Source: a virus
DNA: 49,085 nt
Strand: one strand, 5' to 3'
Virus genome (UHGV): UHGV-0323165
This document shows, in pieces, positions 8,556 through 18,348 of this stretch. The first letter of the stretch is position 1. The number at the start of each line of letters is the position of its first letter. The notes below the pieces were generated by a model, which saw only the letters and a list, made by a program, of their open reading frames with translations, did no database searches and was not told the origin of the DNA. A program made the translations under genes and the position numbers.

Positions 8556-9632
8556 TTACGCCAGGTTGGCGCCGTAGACAACGCCGGACAGGCCCTGATC
8601 GTCTGCGGTAATTTGCAGACCTTCAGCAGACATGATCTGGAAGTTGTAGTTAACGTTAGGCAGTGGGCGCGGAAGCGGAACAACGCCTACAGCCATACCC
8701 ACCAGTGGGGAGATCACGTCACGGCGACGAACATACGCGATAAACTCGTTACCGGTCAGCGCGAAGCTCATGCGGATTTCTTTCACCGGCGCGAACGGCA
8801 GAACCGCCTGCAATACAGTGCCGCTTACAACGCCATTCACCACGTACGGCTGCGCCAGGTTTGCCCAGATTTCCGGGGAAACCCACATCACATCGTATGC
8901 GGCGACTTTGTTCGTGCGTGCGGTGGTACCGAATGCGCCTTTACCGAAGAACGCAAAGAGCGCGGTCATGTCAGCGGTGGTAAGGTCGATATTCGCGCCA
9001 CCAGCACCGGAACCGAGGTTGATCTTCTTGGTGTTTCGGTGGTTCTTAATTCCCTGCGCCGGGTAGGACTGAACCTGAATTTTTGAATCGCCGTTGAGGT
9101 AGTAGTTGACGCGCTTCTGGTTGAACTTGCGCATCTTCGCCATCTGCGAATCCAGCACCAGATCAATGCCTACAGAGTTAAGGCCAGCAGCATGACGCCA
9201 GTTAACGCCGTAGCCAGCAGTGAACACTGGAATCGGGTCGCCGTCGCTCGCGTAGTCAGTGTGGTCGAAGGAGAACGGCGCCTGACCATCGATGCTTACT
9301 GACACGTCATCGGCGATGTCGCCAACCACGTTATACAGCTTGGCGGTTTTACCGACCGGCAGCACCGTCTGAACTCCGATCAGGTCGTTCACGATTTCCA
9401 TGCCAACTTCCTGATCCCGAAGTTGCAGCACCTGGTTGTCAATCTCAGCCCAGAAGTCACGGGAGAAACCGCCAACGGCGTTACAGGCCAGCATGTCAGG
9501 CGTCATGATTGCGCGGTTAGCCGCAATGATGGAATCGTTCTGTAGGTTCCACATGTTGCGGTTTGCCCACAGCTCACTCCAGTGCCCGCCAAGGCGGGAG
9601 TTAGTCGCCAGCGTCTCTTTTGAGAAGTACAT
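8556..9632 (-). CDS. major capsid protein
   Basis: 358 aa in the position after the protease/scaffold and decoration-like genes. Followed by a terminator. Expected to be highly expressed. Confidence 0.8.
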   Translation of the reverse strand: MYFSKETLATNSRLGGHWSELWANRNMWNLQNDSIIAANRAIMTPDMLACNAVGGFSRDFWAEIDNQVLQLRDQEVGMEIVNDLIGVQTVLPVGKTAKLYNVVGDIADDVSVSIDGQAPFSFDHTDYASDGDPIPVFTAGYGVNWRHAAGLNSVGIDLVLDSQMAKMRKFNQKRVNYYLNGDSKIQVQSYPAQGIKNHRNTKKINLGSGAGGANIDLTTADMTALFAFFGKGAFGTTARTNKVAAYDVMWVSPEIWANLAQPYVVNGVVSGTVLQAVLPFAPVKEIRMSFALTGNEFIAYVRRRDVISPLVGMAVGVVPLPRPLPNVNYNFQIMSAEGLQITADDQGLSGVVYGANLA

Positions 9633-9649
9633 ATGTTTTTGTCCTTTTG

Positions 9650-10099
9650 TTACGCGCCAGCAGCGGCGGCAGTGCCAACGCGCATGCGCACGCGGATGAA
9701 GTCGGTGGTGCTGGCCGCGATGGTGTATTCATCCTGGCTGTATCCGATCACTGAATCAGTGTCATCGGTTGCCAGGGTAAACTGACCGGCAGTACCCAGC
9801 TTGATCGGGCTGTCTTTTTTATACGCACCAGGCAGGCAGCGCAGCGCCAGTTCACGACCTTCTTCGACGTAATTGCCGACAGCCGAATCACCGGCAGGGA
9901 TTGATTCGGTGATGGTCAAGCCCTGGTGATAACCGACATCGATGATGTACAGGCGTCCGGTTAGCGCAGTGGCCTGAGCGAATTCATCGGATGAGTTGAT
10001 GGTTGCGGCGGTACCCGGAAGTAGCGCTGCGGCCGTAGTGCGAGTTTCGGTCTTGTACAGAGACTGACCGTCGATATTAACGCGACGATAACGTGGCAT
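9650..10099 (-). CDS. head decoration-like protein (DUF2190-type)
   Basis: 149 aa, Ala/Thr/Gly-rich, between the protease/scaffold and capsid genes. Confidence 0.4.
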   Translation of the reverse strand: MPRYRRVNIDGQSLYKTETRTTAAALLPGTAATINSSDEFAQATALTGRLYIIDVGYHQGLTITESIPAGDSAVGNYVEEGRELALRCLPGAYKKDSPIKLGTAGQFTLATDDTDSVIGYSQDEYTIAASTTDFIRVRMRVGTAAAAGA

Positions 10100-10111
10100 T
10101 ATTCCGGCTCC

Positions 10112-11377
10112 TTACTTGAAGTGTTCGTCTGCGGCAGGTGCGCCGGTTTCTTTGTGCTGTTGAGCATTGTTGGCGCCCAGCGGAGCAGCTTCGCCCAGCG
10201 ACTTGAACATTGCGTCCAGCGCATCACCAGAAAGCGCGTTGGCCACGATGTCGCCATGGACCTTGGCAACCGCATCACGTTTGGCTTTCTCTTCAGCGCG
10301 TGAGTTGGCGGTCAGGGTGTCAGCGAGTTGCTTCTGGTTGGCCTGTAGCGCATCAACCTTTTCCGCGAGAGGCTTAATAGCCGCTTCAGTATTGGTCGCA
10401 ACAGCCTGGCCGATCATGCTGCCGATTTGTTCCAGTTCTTCTTTGGTTAAAGGCATGTCGCCCTCCGTTTTGTGGTTTGGTGCAGGCTGTTCCTGCGGTG
10501 TGAATAGAGCTTTGAATTTGTTAGCGACGACTGCCACCCACGACTCCTGGCGCGCTACTGCGGTGCCGGTATCGTCGATAGCGATCTTCCCGCCATCAGC
10601 GGAATAGCCGTAAACCTGCGCATCGCCGCCATTTCGCACGATAACTACCTGCGAATCAGTGAAGTCAGCAACCCAGGCATATTCATCCGCGCCCGCCGCA
10701 AACTTCGCTTTGGCTGCGCGATCAAGACGCTGTTCGCGCTCCCGGTAGGATTCACCCACCAGCGCGCCGGAGTTCGCTTTAAGCGGCTGCGCCAGATCGG
10801 CGTTTACCATCAGGCCAACGCCCTGCTCAGGGGTGGCGGCTCCGACTTCGTGCAGCAGGATCGCGTCGTGGTCCATGCCGTGGATATCAGCTACCCACTC
10901 GGCACCCGTAGCGCGTTGTTGCTCGTTCGGCTCAAGCTGGTCGAGGAATGCGGCCACACTAGTATGAATCGGTGGGACGTCTTCACCACGCTCAATGGCA
11001 GCGACACGTTCAAGCAGTTCTTTACCGCCTTCTGACTCACTGGCGCGGGCCACATCAACCCACTTTTCGAGGTAAATACGATTGCCGGACTTCTTAACGT
11101 TGCGGTTCCATGCTCCGATATGGCCTGCGTTAATCCCCTCTGGCGAGAAAGCAGAAACGAACTGACCGTTAACCTGAGGGTGGCCCAGCGGCGCCAGGGT
11201 GCCTTCCAGGCCCTGATAGTGGGCGTCGATTTGCTCCTGTGTGTACAAGCCGCCATTCATGACGACGTTCGCCGGAAGCGTATAACTAGGCAGCACAAGA
11301 TGTTCACGACCGTTATATGTTTCTCGCCGGATAGACTGGCTGTTCACCTTCGTGGTGATATTGACCTGCATTGGCAT
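10112..11377 (-). CDS. prohead protease / scaffold fusion (DUF2213-like)
   Basis: 421 aa with a globular N-terminus and a long alpha-helical, charged C-terminal half typical of scaffolds. Lies between the head morphogenesis and decoration genes. Confidence 0.5.
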   Translation of the reverse strand: MPMQVNITTKVNSQSIRRETYNGREHLVLPSYTLPANVVMNGGLYTQEQIDAHYQGLEGTLAPLGHPQVNGQFVSAFSPEGINAGHIGAWNRNVKKSGNRIYLEKWVDVARASESEGGKELLERVAAIERGEDVPPIHTSVAAFLDQLEPNEQQRATGAEWVADIHGMDHDAILLHEVGAATPEQGVGLMVNADLAQPLKANSGALVGESYREREQRLDRAAKAKFAAGADEYAWVADFTDSQVVIVRNGGDAQVYGYSADGGKIAIDDTGTAVARQESWVAVVANKFKALFTPQEQPAPNHKTEGDMPLTKEELEQIGSMIGQAVATNTEAAIKPLAEKVDALQANQKQLADTLTANSRAEEKAKRDAVAKVHGDIVANALSGDALDAMFKSLGEAAPLGANNAQQHKETGAPAADEHFK

Positions 11378-11386
11378 GGTTAAACC

Positions 11387-12337
11387 TCAAGCTGCCTTTT
11401 TGCAGCAGTGACAAACTGAATGATTGACCTTCATCTTTTTCCAGTGGCTGTCGAATTCCTTCTTAGCCATTTCGATGACGTTCGGATAAAGCGGCTTACC
11501 ATCCGCATCAACAAGCACTTCAACTTGGCCGCATTTGCAATTAATTGCGTTAGCATCAACGGCGTACCAGTCCCTGACCTCTTGAACCGTGTATGTATGC
11601 GCATGCCTAAGGGCGTGCTTTATTCGCGTCGTGGGGCTTAATGCTGAAAGGTGAAGAAGCCTGATATTTAAGCCGAGATCATCCATCGATGATTCAGTCT
11701 CATCCCATCGGGCCCGGCGAAGCGCGGTAGTCACTTCAGTTCGCGCTATACGATTCGCCCGGCGCTTCTCGATGCCGGTCTGCTCCGTAAGGTTACGGGC
11801 AATATCCAGCGGGTTCAGCCCGCGCCCCACTCCATCAGTCAGCACGCGCGCCATATCTCGCTTAACGTCAGCAGTCAGCCCCTTCATTTCCTCAAACACA
11901 CGGGCATGCACCAGCGCCATGCGTTGCTGGTATGGGTCGCTTGCGAGGATTGACGCCAGCGACTCACGCCCGGCTGCGTACACCGGTGATTGCTGACTGA
12001 GGTTGTAGAACGACTGCCCGGTCCCTTTCTCCGAAGCCAGATCGATGTACTCGTAAAACCACAGGTCGTAATCACCACCCTCAAGCAGCACCTGATCAAC
12101 CAGGTAACTGGCATCGTTCAGGATGATGGAGAGTAGCGTTGGGTTTAGCTGGTATTCGTATCTGGCGTTTACTGCGAGGGAGGAAGGTATTTTGTCGAGT
12201 GCTGATTTGTACGCTTTGCCAATCTTATTCATCCGCCTGGCGAAGTCTTTCATTGCCCGGCGTTCCAGCGCATCGGATCCGGTCGGATCCTGGTAGTTAC
12301 GCGGCAGAATAGGTGGCTTAGTCTTCTTCGTCGCCAT
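11387..12337 (-). CDS. head morphogenesis protein (Mu gpF / SPP1 gp7-like)
   Basis: 316 aa immediately after the portal gene. Confidence 0.6.
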   Translation of the reverse strand: MATKKTKPPILPRNYQDPTGSDALERRAMKDFARRMNKIGKAYKSALDKIPSSLAVNARYEYQLNPTLLSIILNDASYLVDQVLLEGGDYDLWFYEYIDLASEKGTGQSFYNLSQQSPVYAAGRESLASILASDPYQQRMALVHARVFEEMKGLTADVKRDMARVLTDGVGRGLNPLDIARNLTEQTGIEKRRANRIARTEVTTALRRARWDETESSMDDLGLNIRLLHLSALSPTTRIKHALRHAHTYTVQEVRDWYAVDANAINCKCGQVEVLVDADGKPLYPNVIEMAKKEFDSHWKKMKVNHSVCHCCKKAA

Positions 12338-13646
12338 CCTCTTCTCCTAACGGCTCTTCATCGTCATTGTCATAGCCCGCAGCCGTGCGAATCTCTTCAC
12401 GGCTGAATGCTGGTTCGTCACCGCTGCCCTGCATTGTCTGGTTAATCTCTCCCATGGTCTTAGCGTTGGTGAGCTTCTCAGTACCGGTCTGTTCGTTCAG
12501 GTCATCCCAGATAACAGTCTTCTGGCTTACTGAGTCGACGATCTGCAGGTCGATAAGCTTGTCGCAGAAGTCATCTATTTCAAAAGACAGGTCCACGCGG
12601 CGCGACTGGCAACGAGAATTAAAGTATTTCTGGTCTTCGGTGCTGGAGCGCTCGGCCTGCTGATTACCAACCAGAATGCGCGTCGGGATATCAACACCGG
12701 CGGCAGCGGTTTGCAGGTTGACGTTATAGGTCGCTGAAGGATCCGCTACCGCAGTGACCAGCGGTGTGACTGTAGCCGCTTGGGTTGTCATCAGAACATC
12801 GTTGCCACGGTTCATTTCCCCGGCAACTTCGTTAAACTTATCCTGCAAATCGTCAATGCTCACGCCATAAAGTGACGCAAGATTGTTGAAGTCGATTTCC
12901 TTCTCAAAGTTGACATTAAGCTGGCGAGCGGCGTTCTTCAGGAATGACTCGCCGGACCCGCCCTCTACTTTCTCAAGGCTCACAAAGGCGTTATAAGCGG
13001 GCTCAAGAAAGCCAATGGCATCATTCGAGTAGTCACCCAGGATGAAGACGCGATCGGGATGCACGAATCGTTGATTGGTCCCTCCGTTTGGCAGACTCTC
13101 AACGTATTTCCACTGCTTTGGCTGACCGTAGTCTGCCGAATTCTCGTCAGTTACCCATTGACTGACAGTTAACGAACCGGCCCATGCGATCGTAACCTTT
13201 TTTAGTGACTTCCCTCGAACAACCGGCTGGTCCCACTTTCTGGAGTCATTGATGTGCAGCAGGATACCAGCATAGCGACCGACTAAACGGCGGCGGTCTG
13301 CTTCAGCAAAAGCGCGCCAGAGTCGCTTAGTGAAAACCTTTTTGGCGCTCTTCTCCCAAGGGGTTTCATCCTTGCTCTCGTCGGCGTCGTCACCCTCGAT
13401 GATTTCAGGGTTAGTCTGCCAGCACTTGCCCACCAGCTTCTCAACGGCACCGTGAGCGATACCACCGCGCCGATACAGGGCATAGAGATTTTCGTAGGTT
13501 ACCTGCTCAGGGAAGCCATATTCACACCATGCGGAGTGGCGCTTATTGTCCAGCCCCATTGTTGGCGCCATCAGTCCCATACGGGCGCGAGCCATTCGCG
13601 CATCGTTCAACGCATGGTTGACGGCGAGAGTTAATTTGTCAGTCAT
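12318..13646 (-). CDS. portal protein
   Basis: 442 aa with an acidic C-terminal tail (DEEPLGEEDGDEED), lying after TerL. Confidence 0.8.
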   Translation of the reverse strand: MTDKLTLAVNHALNDARMARARMGLMAPTMGLDNKRHSAWCEYGFPEQVTYENLYALYRRGGIAHGAVEKLVGKCWQTNPEIIEGDDADESKDETPWEKSAKKVFTKRLWRAFAEADRRRLVGRYAGILLHINDSRKWDQPVVRGKSLKKVTIAWAGSLTVSQWVTDENSADYGQPKQWKYVESLPNGGTNQRFVHPDRVFILGDYSNDAIGFLEPAYNAFVSLEKVEGGSGESFLKNAARQLNVNFEKEIDFNNLASLYGVSIDDLQDKFNEVAGEMNRGNDVLMTTQAATVTPLVTAVADPSATYNVNLQTAAAGVDIPTRILVGNQQAERSSTEDQKYFNSRCQSRRVDLSFEIDDFCDKLIDLQIVDSVSQKTVIWDDLNEQTGTEKLTNAKTMGEINQTMQGSGDEPAFSREEIRTAAGYDNDDEEPLGEEDGDEED

Positions 13647-13674
13647 GGATTGTCCGTTGGTGGATTTCAGGCAA

Positions 13675-13697
13675 TAAAAAAGGCCGCCGGAGCGACC
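13675..13697 (-). terminator. rho-independent terminator after the moron
   Basis: Minus strand ggtcgc-tcc-ggcggcc hairpin followed by TTTTTT. Confidence 0.5.
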
Positions 13698-13715
13698 TGT
13701 ACATTTAAAGATGTT

Positions 13716-14000
13716 TCACTGTGTGTTCAATACGTAATCTGAAATATCTTCAGCTAGTTTTCCATATTTTTTGGCTGTTGGCTTGAGGGTATCATCAGCC
13801 AGTGTTGATACTTTTTTGTTTAAAATGTAATCCCTCACGTATTGCTCGTGGATCAATACACCTGGGTTTTCCGCAATTACTTTTTTTAACGCCAGATAAA
13901 AGAGTTTTTCTTCATCTGCATGAAGAGTGTACCAGGTACTACGCTCAAGCCATGAATCAAAGTGATGAAGACCAGAGATCATATCGCTATCCTTTTCCAT
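13716..14000 (-). CDS. hypothetical moron protein (AT-rich insert between terL and portal)
   Basis: ORF 13716..14042 begins at a TTG. Internal ATGs lie at 14000 (MEKDSD) and 13982 (MISGLHH, AAGGA 8 nt upstream). The region is visibly AT-rich against GC-rich flanks and carries its own promoter-like motif and terminator. Confidence 0.5.
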   Translation of the reverse strand: MEKDSDMISGLHHFDSWLERSTWYTLHADEEKLFYLALKKVIAENPGVLIHEQYVRDYILNKKVSTLADDTLKPTAKKYGKLAEDISDYVLNTQ

Positions 14001-14014
14001 TGATAAAGAACAAC

Positions 14015-14042
14015 AATATAACTGGTGGATTTTTATGTTCAA
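14015..14042 (-). promoter_or_regulatory. sigma70-like promoter for the moron (TTGAAC - 16 bp - TATATT)
   Basis: Read on the minus strand inside the last codons of terL. Confidence 0.35.
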
Positions 14043-14043
14043 G

Positions 14044-15528
14044 CTATCTGCCTTGTAGGCGCTTAGGAATCATCATCCCCACAGGTTGCGATCCATTCAG
14101 TTCAGTCAGTGCGTAAACCATCGCGTCGAGGCGGTCAGGTGATTTCTTTGCGGTGGCGGGGATGTATTCCATCAACTGGTTCTCCAACACGTAGAGATTG
14201 CCGTGATTTGCCACCCGGCCCTGTTCGTATAAAGCGGATATCGGTTCAGCTCGAGCATATTTCCCTTTGCTGGCATGGACACGGATGATGCGACCTTTGA
14301 ACCCGGCGTTGCGGAGTGTCTCCTCCGCCATATCTCCGCCCTGGTTCGTCTCAATGACTATCGCGTCTGCTTCGTGTTGCTCATAAGCCGATATGGCTTT
14401 CTTGGCCCATCCAGCTGGTGAATATTTGCCGCTGTAATCGCCATCCACAGAGAACTGCTTTTTGTCACCGGCACCATATGAGCTGGCAGCGACAATGCCT
14501 GTTTCATCGCTTTCGTCGCTGTTTGTTGCCTGTGGGTCAATCGCCACGACAGTGCGAATCTTATCGTGATGAATTTGCAGCTCGCGTGCCGCGCTGATCA
14601 TCACTTCTGTCCAGAGAGCGCCTTCAGCATTAAACCTGCGAGGCTTCTGCATGTACTGGGCTTCTGCGGTGCGCCGGTGAGAGAACAGCGATACGCGGTG
14701 AGATTCGTTGTGCTTAAAAGGCCACAGCCAGCCATCGGCCAAGCCATGGTCAATCGGTATAGCGTGGGTGTTTTCGGGGTACTGAGCAGCGTATGGCTGA
14801 CTATTGTCGATAATCACCGGCAGATTCAGGTGATGCCATTTCTCACCACTCCCTCCCCGCAGAAGATAGCCGCTCAGGTCGTGGTAATGGATCCGCTGCA
14901 TGATGACAATCATCGGCGTCGTCTCGATCGCCAGTCGTGACTTGATTGTCTCGTTAAAACGGTTGTTGACCCCGTCGCGGACGATCTCAGAGTAAGCGTC
15001 ATCAGGCTTTACCGGGTCATCGATAATCAGCGCGCCCTGCCAGCCCGGTTCCATATGGCCGGCACGAAAACCGGTAACCTGCCCGGCAGCAGACGACGCA
15101 TAAACGCCCCCGCCATGCTCAGTCCACCACATCGCCTTGCTGTCTGCGTCATCGCGCAACGACATCGGCCACATCGACTGGTAGGCCTGCGACTTAATCA
15201 TGCCGCGCGCGGTTGAGGAGTTCAGCAGTGCAAGGTTGTGCGAATAGGACAGGTGCATAAAGCGAGCCCGGCAGTTCAGCGCCAGTCCGCGCCCCATCAT
15301 ATTGATGGTCGCCAGTTCCGTTTTCGTGTAGCCAGGCGGAACATTAATGATCAGGCGTTGAATCTCACCATCAATGACGCGGTCCAGCGTTTGCTGAATC
15401 ACCTTATGGTGAGGCGCGACAATCATCTTTCCGCCGGTGCGCTGCTTAAAGAAGTAACGAGCGTAATAGAGCCCATCCTCTTCGCATTCAACCTTACGGG
15501 CAAATGCCCTTTGCTCAGCAGTCGTCAT
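14044..15528 (-). CDS. terL: terminase large subunit
   Basis: 494 aa with an ATPase N-terminus and a nuclease C-terminus, lying after the small subunit gene. Confidence 0.9.
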   Translation of the reverse strand: MTTAEQRAFARKVECEEDGLYYARYFFKQRTGGKMIVAPHHKVIQQTLDRVIDGEIQRLIINVPPGYTKTELATINMMGRGLALNCRARFMHLSYSHNLALLNSSTARGMIKSQAYQSMWPMSLRDDADSKAMWWTEHGGGVYASSAAGQVTGFRAGHMEPGWQGALIIDDPVKPDDAYSEIVRDGVNNRFNETIKSRLAIETTPMIVIMQRIHYHDLSGYLLRGGSGEKWHHLNLPVIIDNSQPYAAQYPENTHAIPIDHGLADGWLWPFKHNESHRVSLFSHRRTAEAQYMQKPRRFNAEGALWTEVMISAARELQIHHDKIRTVVAIDPQATNSDESDETGIVAASSYGAGDKKQFSVDGDYSGKYSPAGWAKKAISAYEQHEADAIVIETNQGGDMAEETLRNAGFKGRIIRVHASKGKYARAEPISALYEQGRVANHGNLYVLENQLMEYIPATAKKSPDRLDAMVYALTELNGSQPVGMMIPKRLQGR

Positions 15529-15994
15529 CCTCCATCATCTCCTGCCGTGCGGATTTGTATTCCTCTTTGCTCATGGTGATCGTCTGGATGGCGCCACCAT
15601 TCGGGCCGGAATGTTCAAACTTGTGCTTATTGGTGTAGGCATCGCCGCACTCCTTCGCCGCCTGCTCAATGATTTCGGTCGCCAGAGCAATGTTTCGCAT
15701 CTTCTCGGCGTTATTCATCATCCGGTCAAGCGCGCGGAGACGATAAGCTTTGTTGGCGATCGGAATGTCGCTAATTTCTGTCTGGAAGCGCTTGCGGGTC
15801 TCGTGGAATAGATCAACCCATTTCTGAGCCAGACCTTTCCCGCTTGCCTTTGTCGGATCGTGCGATTCAATTTGCTGAGGTGTAACTTTGATGCCGAATT
15901 GTTTTTGGACAGCCTCACCAACAATTGCCAGCGTGTCAAAGCATGCAAGTGATTGAATGATGAAGGCTTTGACTTCTGGTTTTAACGCAGCCAT
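15515..15994 (-). CDS. terminase small subunit (putative)
   Basis: 159 aa, acidic C-terminus, immediately upstream of and overlapping terL. Confidence 0.5.
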   Translation of the reverse strand: MAALKPEVKAFIIQSLACFDTLAIVGEAVQKQFGIKVTPQQIESHDPTKASGKGLAQKWVDLFHETRKRFQTEISDIPIANKAYRLRALDRMMNNAEKMRNIALATEIIEQAAKECGDAYTNKHKFEHSGPNGGAIQTITMSKEEYKSARQEMMEDDDC

Positions 15995-16024
15995 ATATCA
16001 CCACTCTTCCAAAGCATTCTATAT

Positions 16025-16663
16025 TCAAGCCAGTTTCATCAGGCACGTCCCGCATGCTCTGGCTATGTTAATTTTCGCCACCTCTGCAGGTCGATTGGCT
16101 GCGTCCACCAGTTCTTGCACGTCGGCGCTGGCACCGTACCGGCGCACTACACCAACGAACTCTTCGACGTCGTGGCCGCGCAATGTCAGTACCGGCTGCC
16201 CGGTCTCTTTGTTGAACTTAGGCGCGCCGAAATCATCCGTGGCCTGTGCGATGTGGTAAAGCTCATGCTCTACCAGTGCGCAGAACTCAAGGTCGCTGCA
16301 TTGTGAGCAGTAATCGGCTGCCAGGGTGATGATGAACTTCGGGATGCGCCCGAACCATTCATGCATCTGCTGTTCCATTCTGGCTTTCTGCCATCCACCG
16401 GCGCGTAGCATTACCTGTTCAGCCTGACCGAGAACGTAGCGCCCTTTCTTCGCAAACGAGTCAGAGGCCCACATGAAGCAGAGATCAGCCTCTAACAGGT
16501 GCTCGTGGTCAGGGTTATGGATGCTTCCGGTATCGCTGAGGATTTGCCGTTTTATCCACTCATGCACTTCGTTAGCGGGAATGAGCCTGGTGTATGGCTG
16601 CCAGTTGTCGGAGGCGATGAAGTTAACTGGCGGATAAGGCCTGCGCTCGTCATCGTTAGCCAT
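16025..16663 (-). CDS. putative phage metallopeptidase-domain protein (HExxH)
   Basis: Contains an HELYH motif (VEHELYHIAQ). 212 aa upstream of the terminase genes. Confidence 0.5.
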   Translation of the reverse strand: MANDDERRPYPPVNFIASDNWQPYTRLIPANEVHEWIKRQILSDTGSIHNPDHEHLLEADLCFMWASDSFAKKGRYVLGQAEQVMLRAGGWQKARMEQQMHEWFGRIPKFIITLAADYCSQCSDLEFCALVEHELYHIAQATDDFGAPKFNKETGQPVLTLRGHDVEEFVGVVRRYGASADVQELVDAANRPAEVAKINIARACGTCLMKLA

Positions 16664-16666
16664 GGA

Positions 16667-16873
16667 TTACTCCGTTGCTTGTTCGGTCTGCTCTGCCGGT
16701 ACTGGGGTGAACTCCACTCGCTTTACATCAGCAGGAGCGAAGTACAGCCACTGGCCCGTTTCCGTCGCCAGCGGCACAAAGCCGTTAACCAGCTCAGGCT
16801 GACGTCGTGACATCTTGCCCGTGAATGTTTCGCCTGTCTGGGTGGTTAGCGTGATTTGGTAGATATCTGACAT
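16667..16873 (-). CDS. hypothetical protein
   Basis: 68 aa ORF contiguous with the downstream gene. Confidence 0.35.
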   Translation of the reverse strand: MSDIYQITLTTQTGETFTGKMSRRQPELVNGFVPLATETGQWLYFAPADVKRVEFTPVPAEQTEQATE

Positions 16874-17107
16874 GATTACCTCTTTGCCTTGTCGCAGCTG
16901 TTGCCCTGCTTCTCAGAAGTGCTTAGCCACTTACGGCTTACCCGTCAGCAAGATGTGATCACCATCCTTGCGGGGTTACACAGATCATTATCGAAGCCCC
17001 TCAGAGAAGAGCTTCTGTAACGACCTACTTATTTTCGGTCTGCTTATCCCATTCCTCGCGGAACTTGGATGGGTTGTCGAAACCTTCACTGCACTGGTTG
17101 GTTTTCA

Positions 17108-17338
17108 TCACTTTTCCCCCGATTTTTTTGTTTTCTGGCAGTTCGCCTGCCACGATTTGTTATGTGCCAGGATGTCACGCTTCGTCTGGCGGTCAAGAAC
17201 ATCAATGTCGTGATCAGTCAGGTAGATTGGCTTTACCCAGTCACAGGCTGTATCAACCACCACCGGGACGCTTCCACGTGTCACGCAGCTCGCGATCAAC
17301 ATCGTCATCAGGCATGCGGTTAACATTCTGCTGTACAT
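17108..17338 (-). CDS. o-spanin (Rz1-like lipoprotein), overlapped architecture
   Basis: Signal peptide with lipobox (LIASC). It starts inside the Rz gene in another frame and extends past the Rz stop. Confidence 0.5.
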   Translation of the reverse strand: MYSRMLTACLMTMLIASCVTRGSVPVVVDTACDWVKPIYLTDHDIDVLDRQTKRDILAHNKSWQANCQKTKKSGEK

Positions 17339-17531
17339 TGCTGGCCTCTTTTGTTGCCTCTACACGGCGTTCGGCTACTGACTCAATGGCTGCGGCCTTT
17401 TCTTCTGTGCGCTGCCGGTCTGCTTTTTCTTCAGCCTGTTCACGACCGCGAAAACGGCCCACACCAAACGCACCAAGCACCATCAGGATCGCAACTCCGA
17501 TTGCCGCCAGTACAGATTTGAGTGTCGTCAT
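17253..17531 (-). CDS. i-spanin (Rz-like)
   Basis: N-terminal transmembrane helix followed by a charged helical periplasmic segment. Lies directly after the endolysin gene. Confidence 0.5.
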   Translation of the reverse strand: MTTLKSVLAAIGVAILMVLGAFGVGRFRGREQAEEKADRQRTEEKAAAIESVAERRVEATKEASNVQQNVNRMPDDDVDRELRDTWKRPGGG

Positions 17532-18070
17532 AGGCTCACCCGCTCGCGCATCCAGCCATAAACGAATGACTCGTTAGCTGGTCTCTGTTCTGCCAGCTCA
17601 AGATAACGCTGGCCCTGGCTACAGTTCAGTGCCCGAAGCAATACGATTTCCCCTTCGTCACCTCGTTTCGCCAGGAAGGATTTCAGTGCGCCGATGCTAC
17701 GTGGGCCGATTTGCCCGTCGGCGATCAGATCCGGATAGAACTGCTGCTGGTTATTGAAAACGTTCAGCCAGCGCTGGAACCATTTAACCTGCACCGATGG
17801 CCCCATGTTCACACCGGTATCGCATAGTTCGGCGGCAATGGCAGGGGATACCTCTGCCACCTGGTCAAAGCGCGGGCCATACCAGTAATCAGACTCAAGG
17901 ATCGCCAGAGCCTGCTCACGTGTAAGGTTTCGCATATCACCGGTATAACCATGCGCTCGGGCGGTTGCCTGAGTAATTCCCCAGTTCGTTGGGCCGCCCT
18001 TATCGTTAGGGTGATCAACATAACCGCCCTCTTTGCCGAGGATGGTGTTAAAGATATCGTCTTTGGTCAT
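17528..18070 (-). CDS. endolysin, GH108 N-terminal domain plus PG_binding_3 C-terminal domain
   Basis: GGYVDHPNDKGGPTNWGIT motif of the GH108 family. Trimmed to MTKDDIF at 18070. Confidence 0.85.
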   Translation of the reverse strand: MTKDDIFNTILGKEGGYVDHPNDKGGPTNWGITQATARAHGYTGDMRNLTREQALAILESDYWYGPRFDQVAEVSPAIAAELCDTGVNMGPSVQVKWFQRWLNVFNNQQQFYPDLIADGQIGPRSIGALKSFLAKRGDEGEIVLLRALNCSQGQRYLELAEQRPANESFVYGWMRERVSL

Positions 18071-18072
18071 GG

Positions 18073-18348
18073 CTATTCCGTAATGACGACCTTCGCCAGG
18101 TTCCCGCGCGCCAGCCACACCGCCATGCAGATGACGGAGTTAAGCAGCAGATCGCCGAGGTTAACCTGAACGTAGTGGCCGAGAAGAATGTTGAAGGCAT
18201 TGAATCCGGCGGCAAGGATGACCAGGTAGGCCAGCACCGCGACACTCAGGCGATGACGCTTTCCCTCTTTCCGGAAAAACATCAGCCTGACCATGATTAA
18301 CAGGCAAACTATGGCGTTTGCATCCATCAGAAGAAGCTGCCATGTCAT
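18073..18348 (-). CDS. holin-like small membrane protein (second holin or antiholin)
   Basis: 91 aa with two or three hydrophobic helices, between the holin and endolysin genes. Confidence 0.45.
   Translation of the reverse strand: MTWQLLLMDANAIVCLLIMVRLMFFRKEGKRHRLSVAVLAYLVILAAGFNAFNILLGHYVQVNLGDLLLNSVICMAVWLARGNLAKVVITE

Noticed and set aside
8472-9086. Plus-strand 204-aa ORF
   Set aside because: It lies inside the major capsid gene on the opposite strand.
17065-17577. Plus-strand ORFs across the spanin region
   Set aside because: They are antisense to the well-supported Rz/Rz1 genes and have no independent signals.
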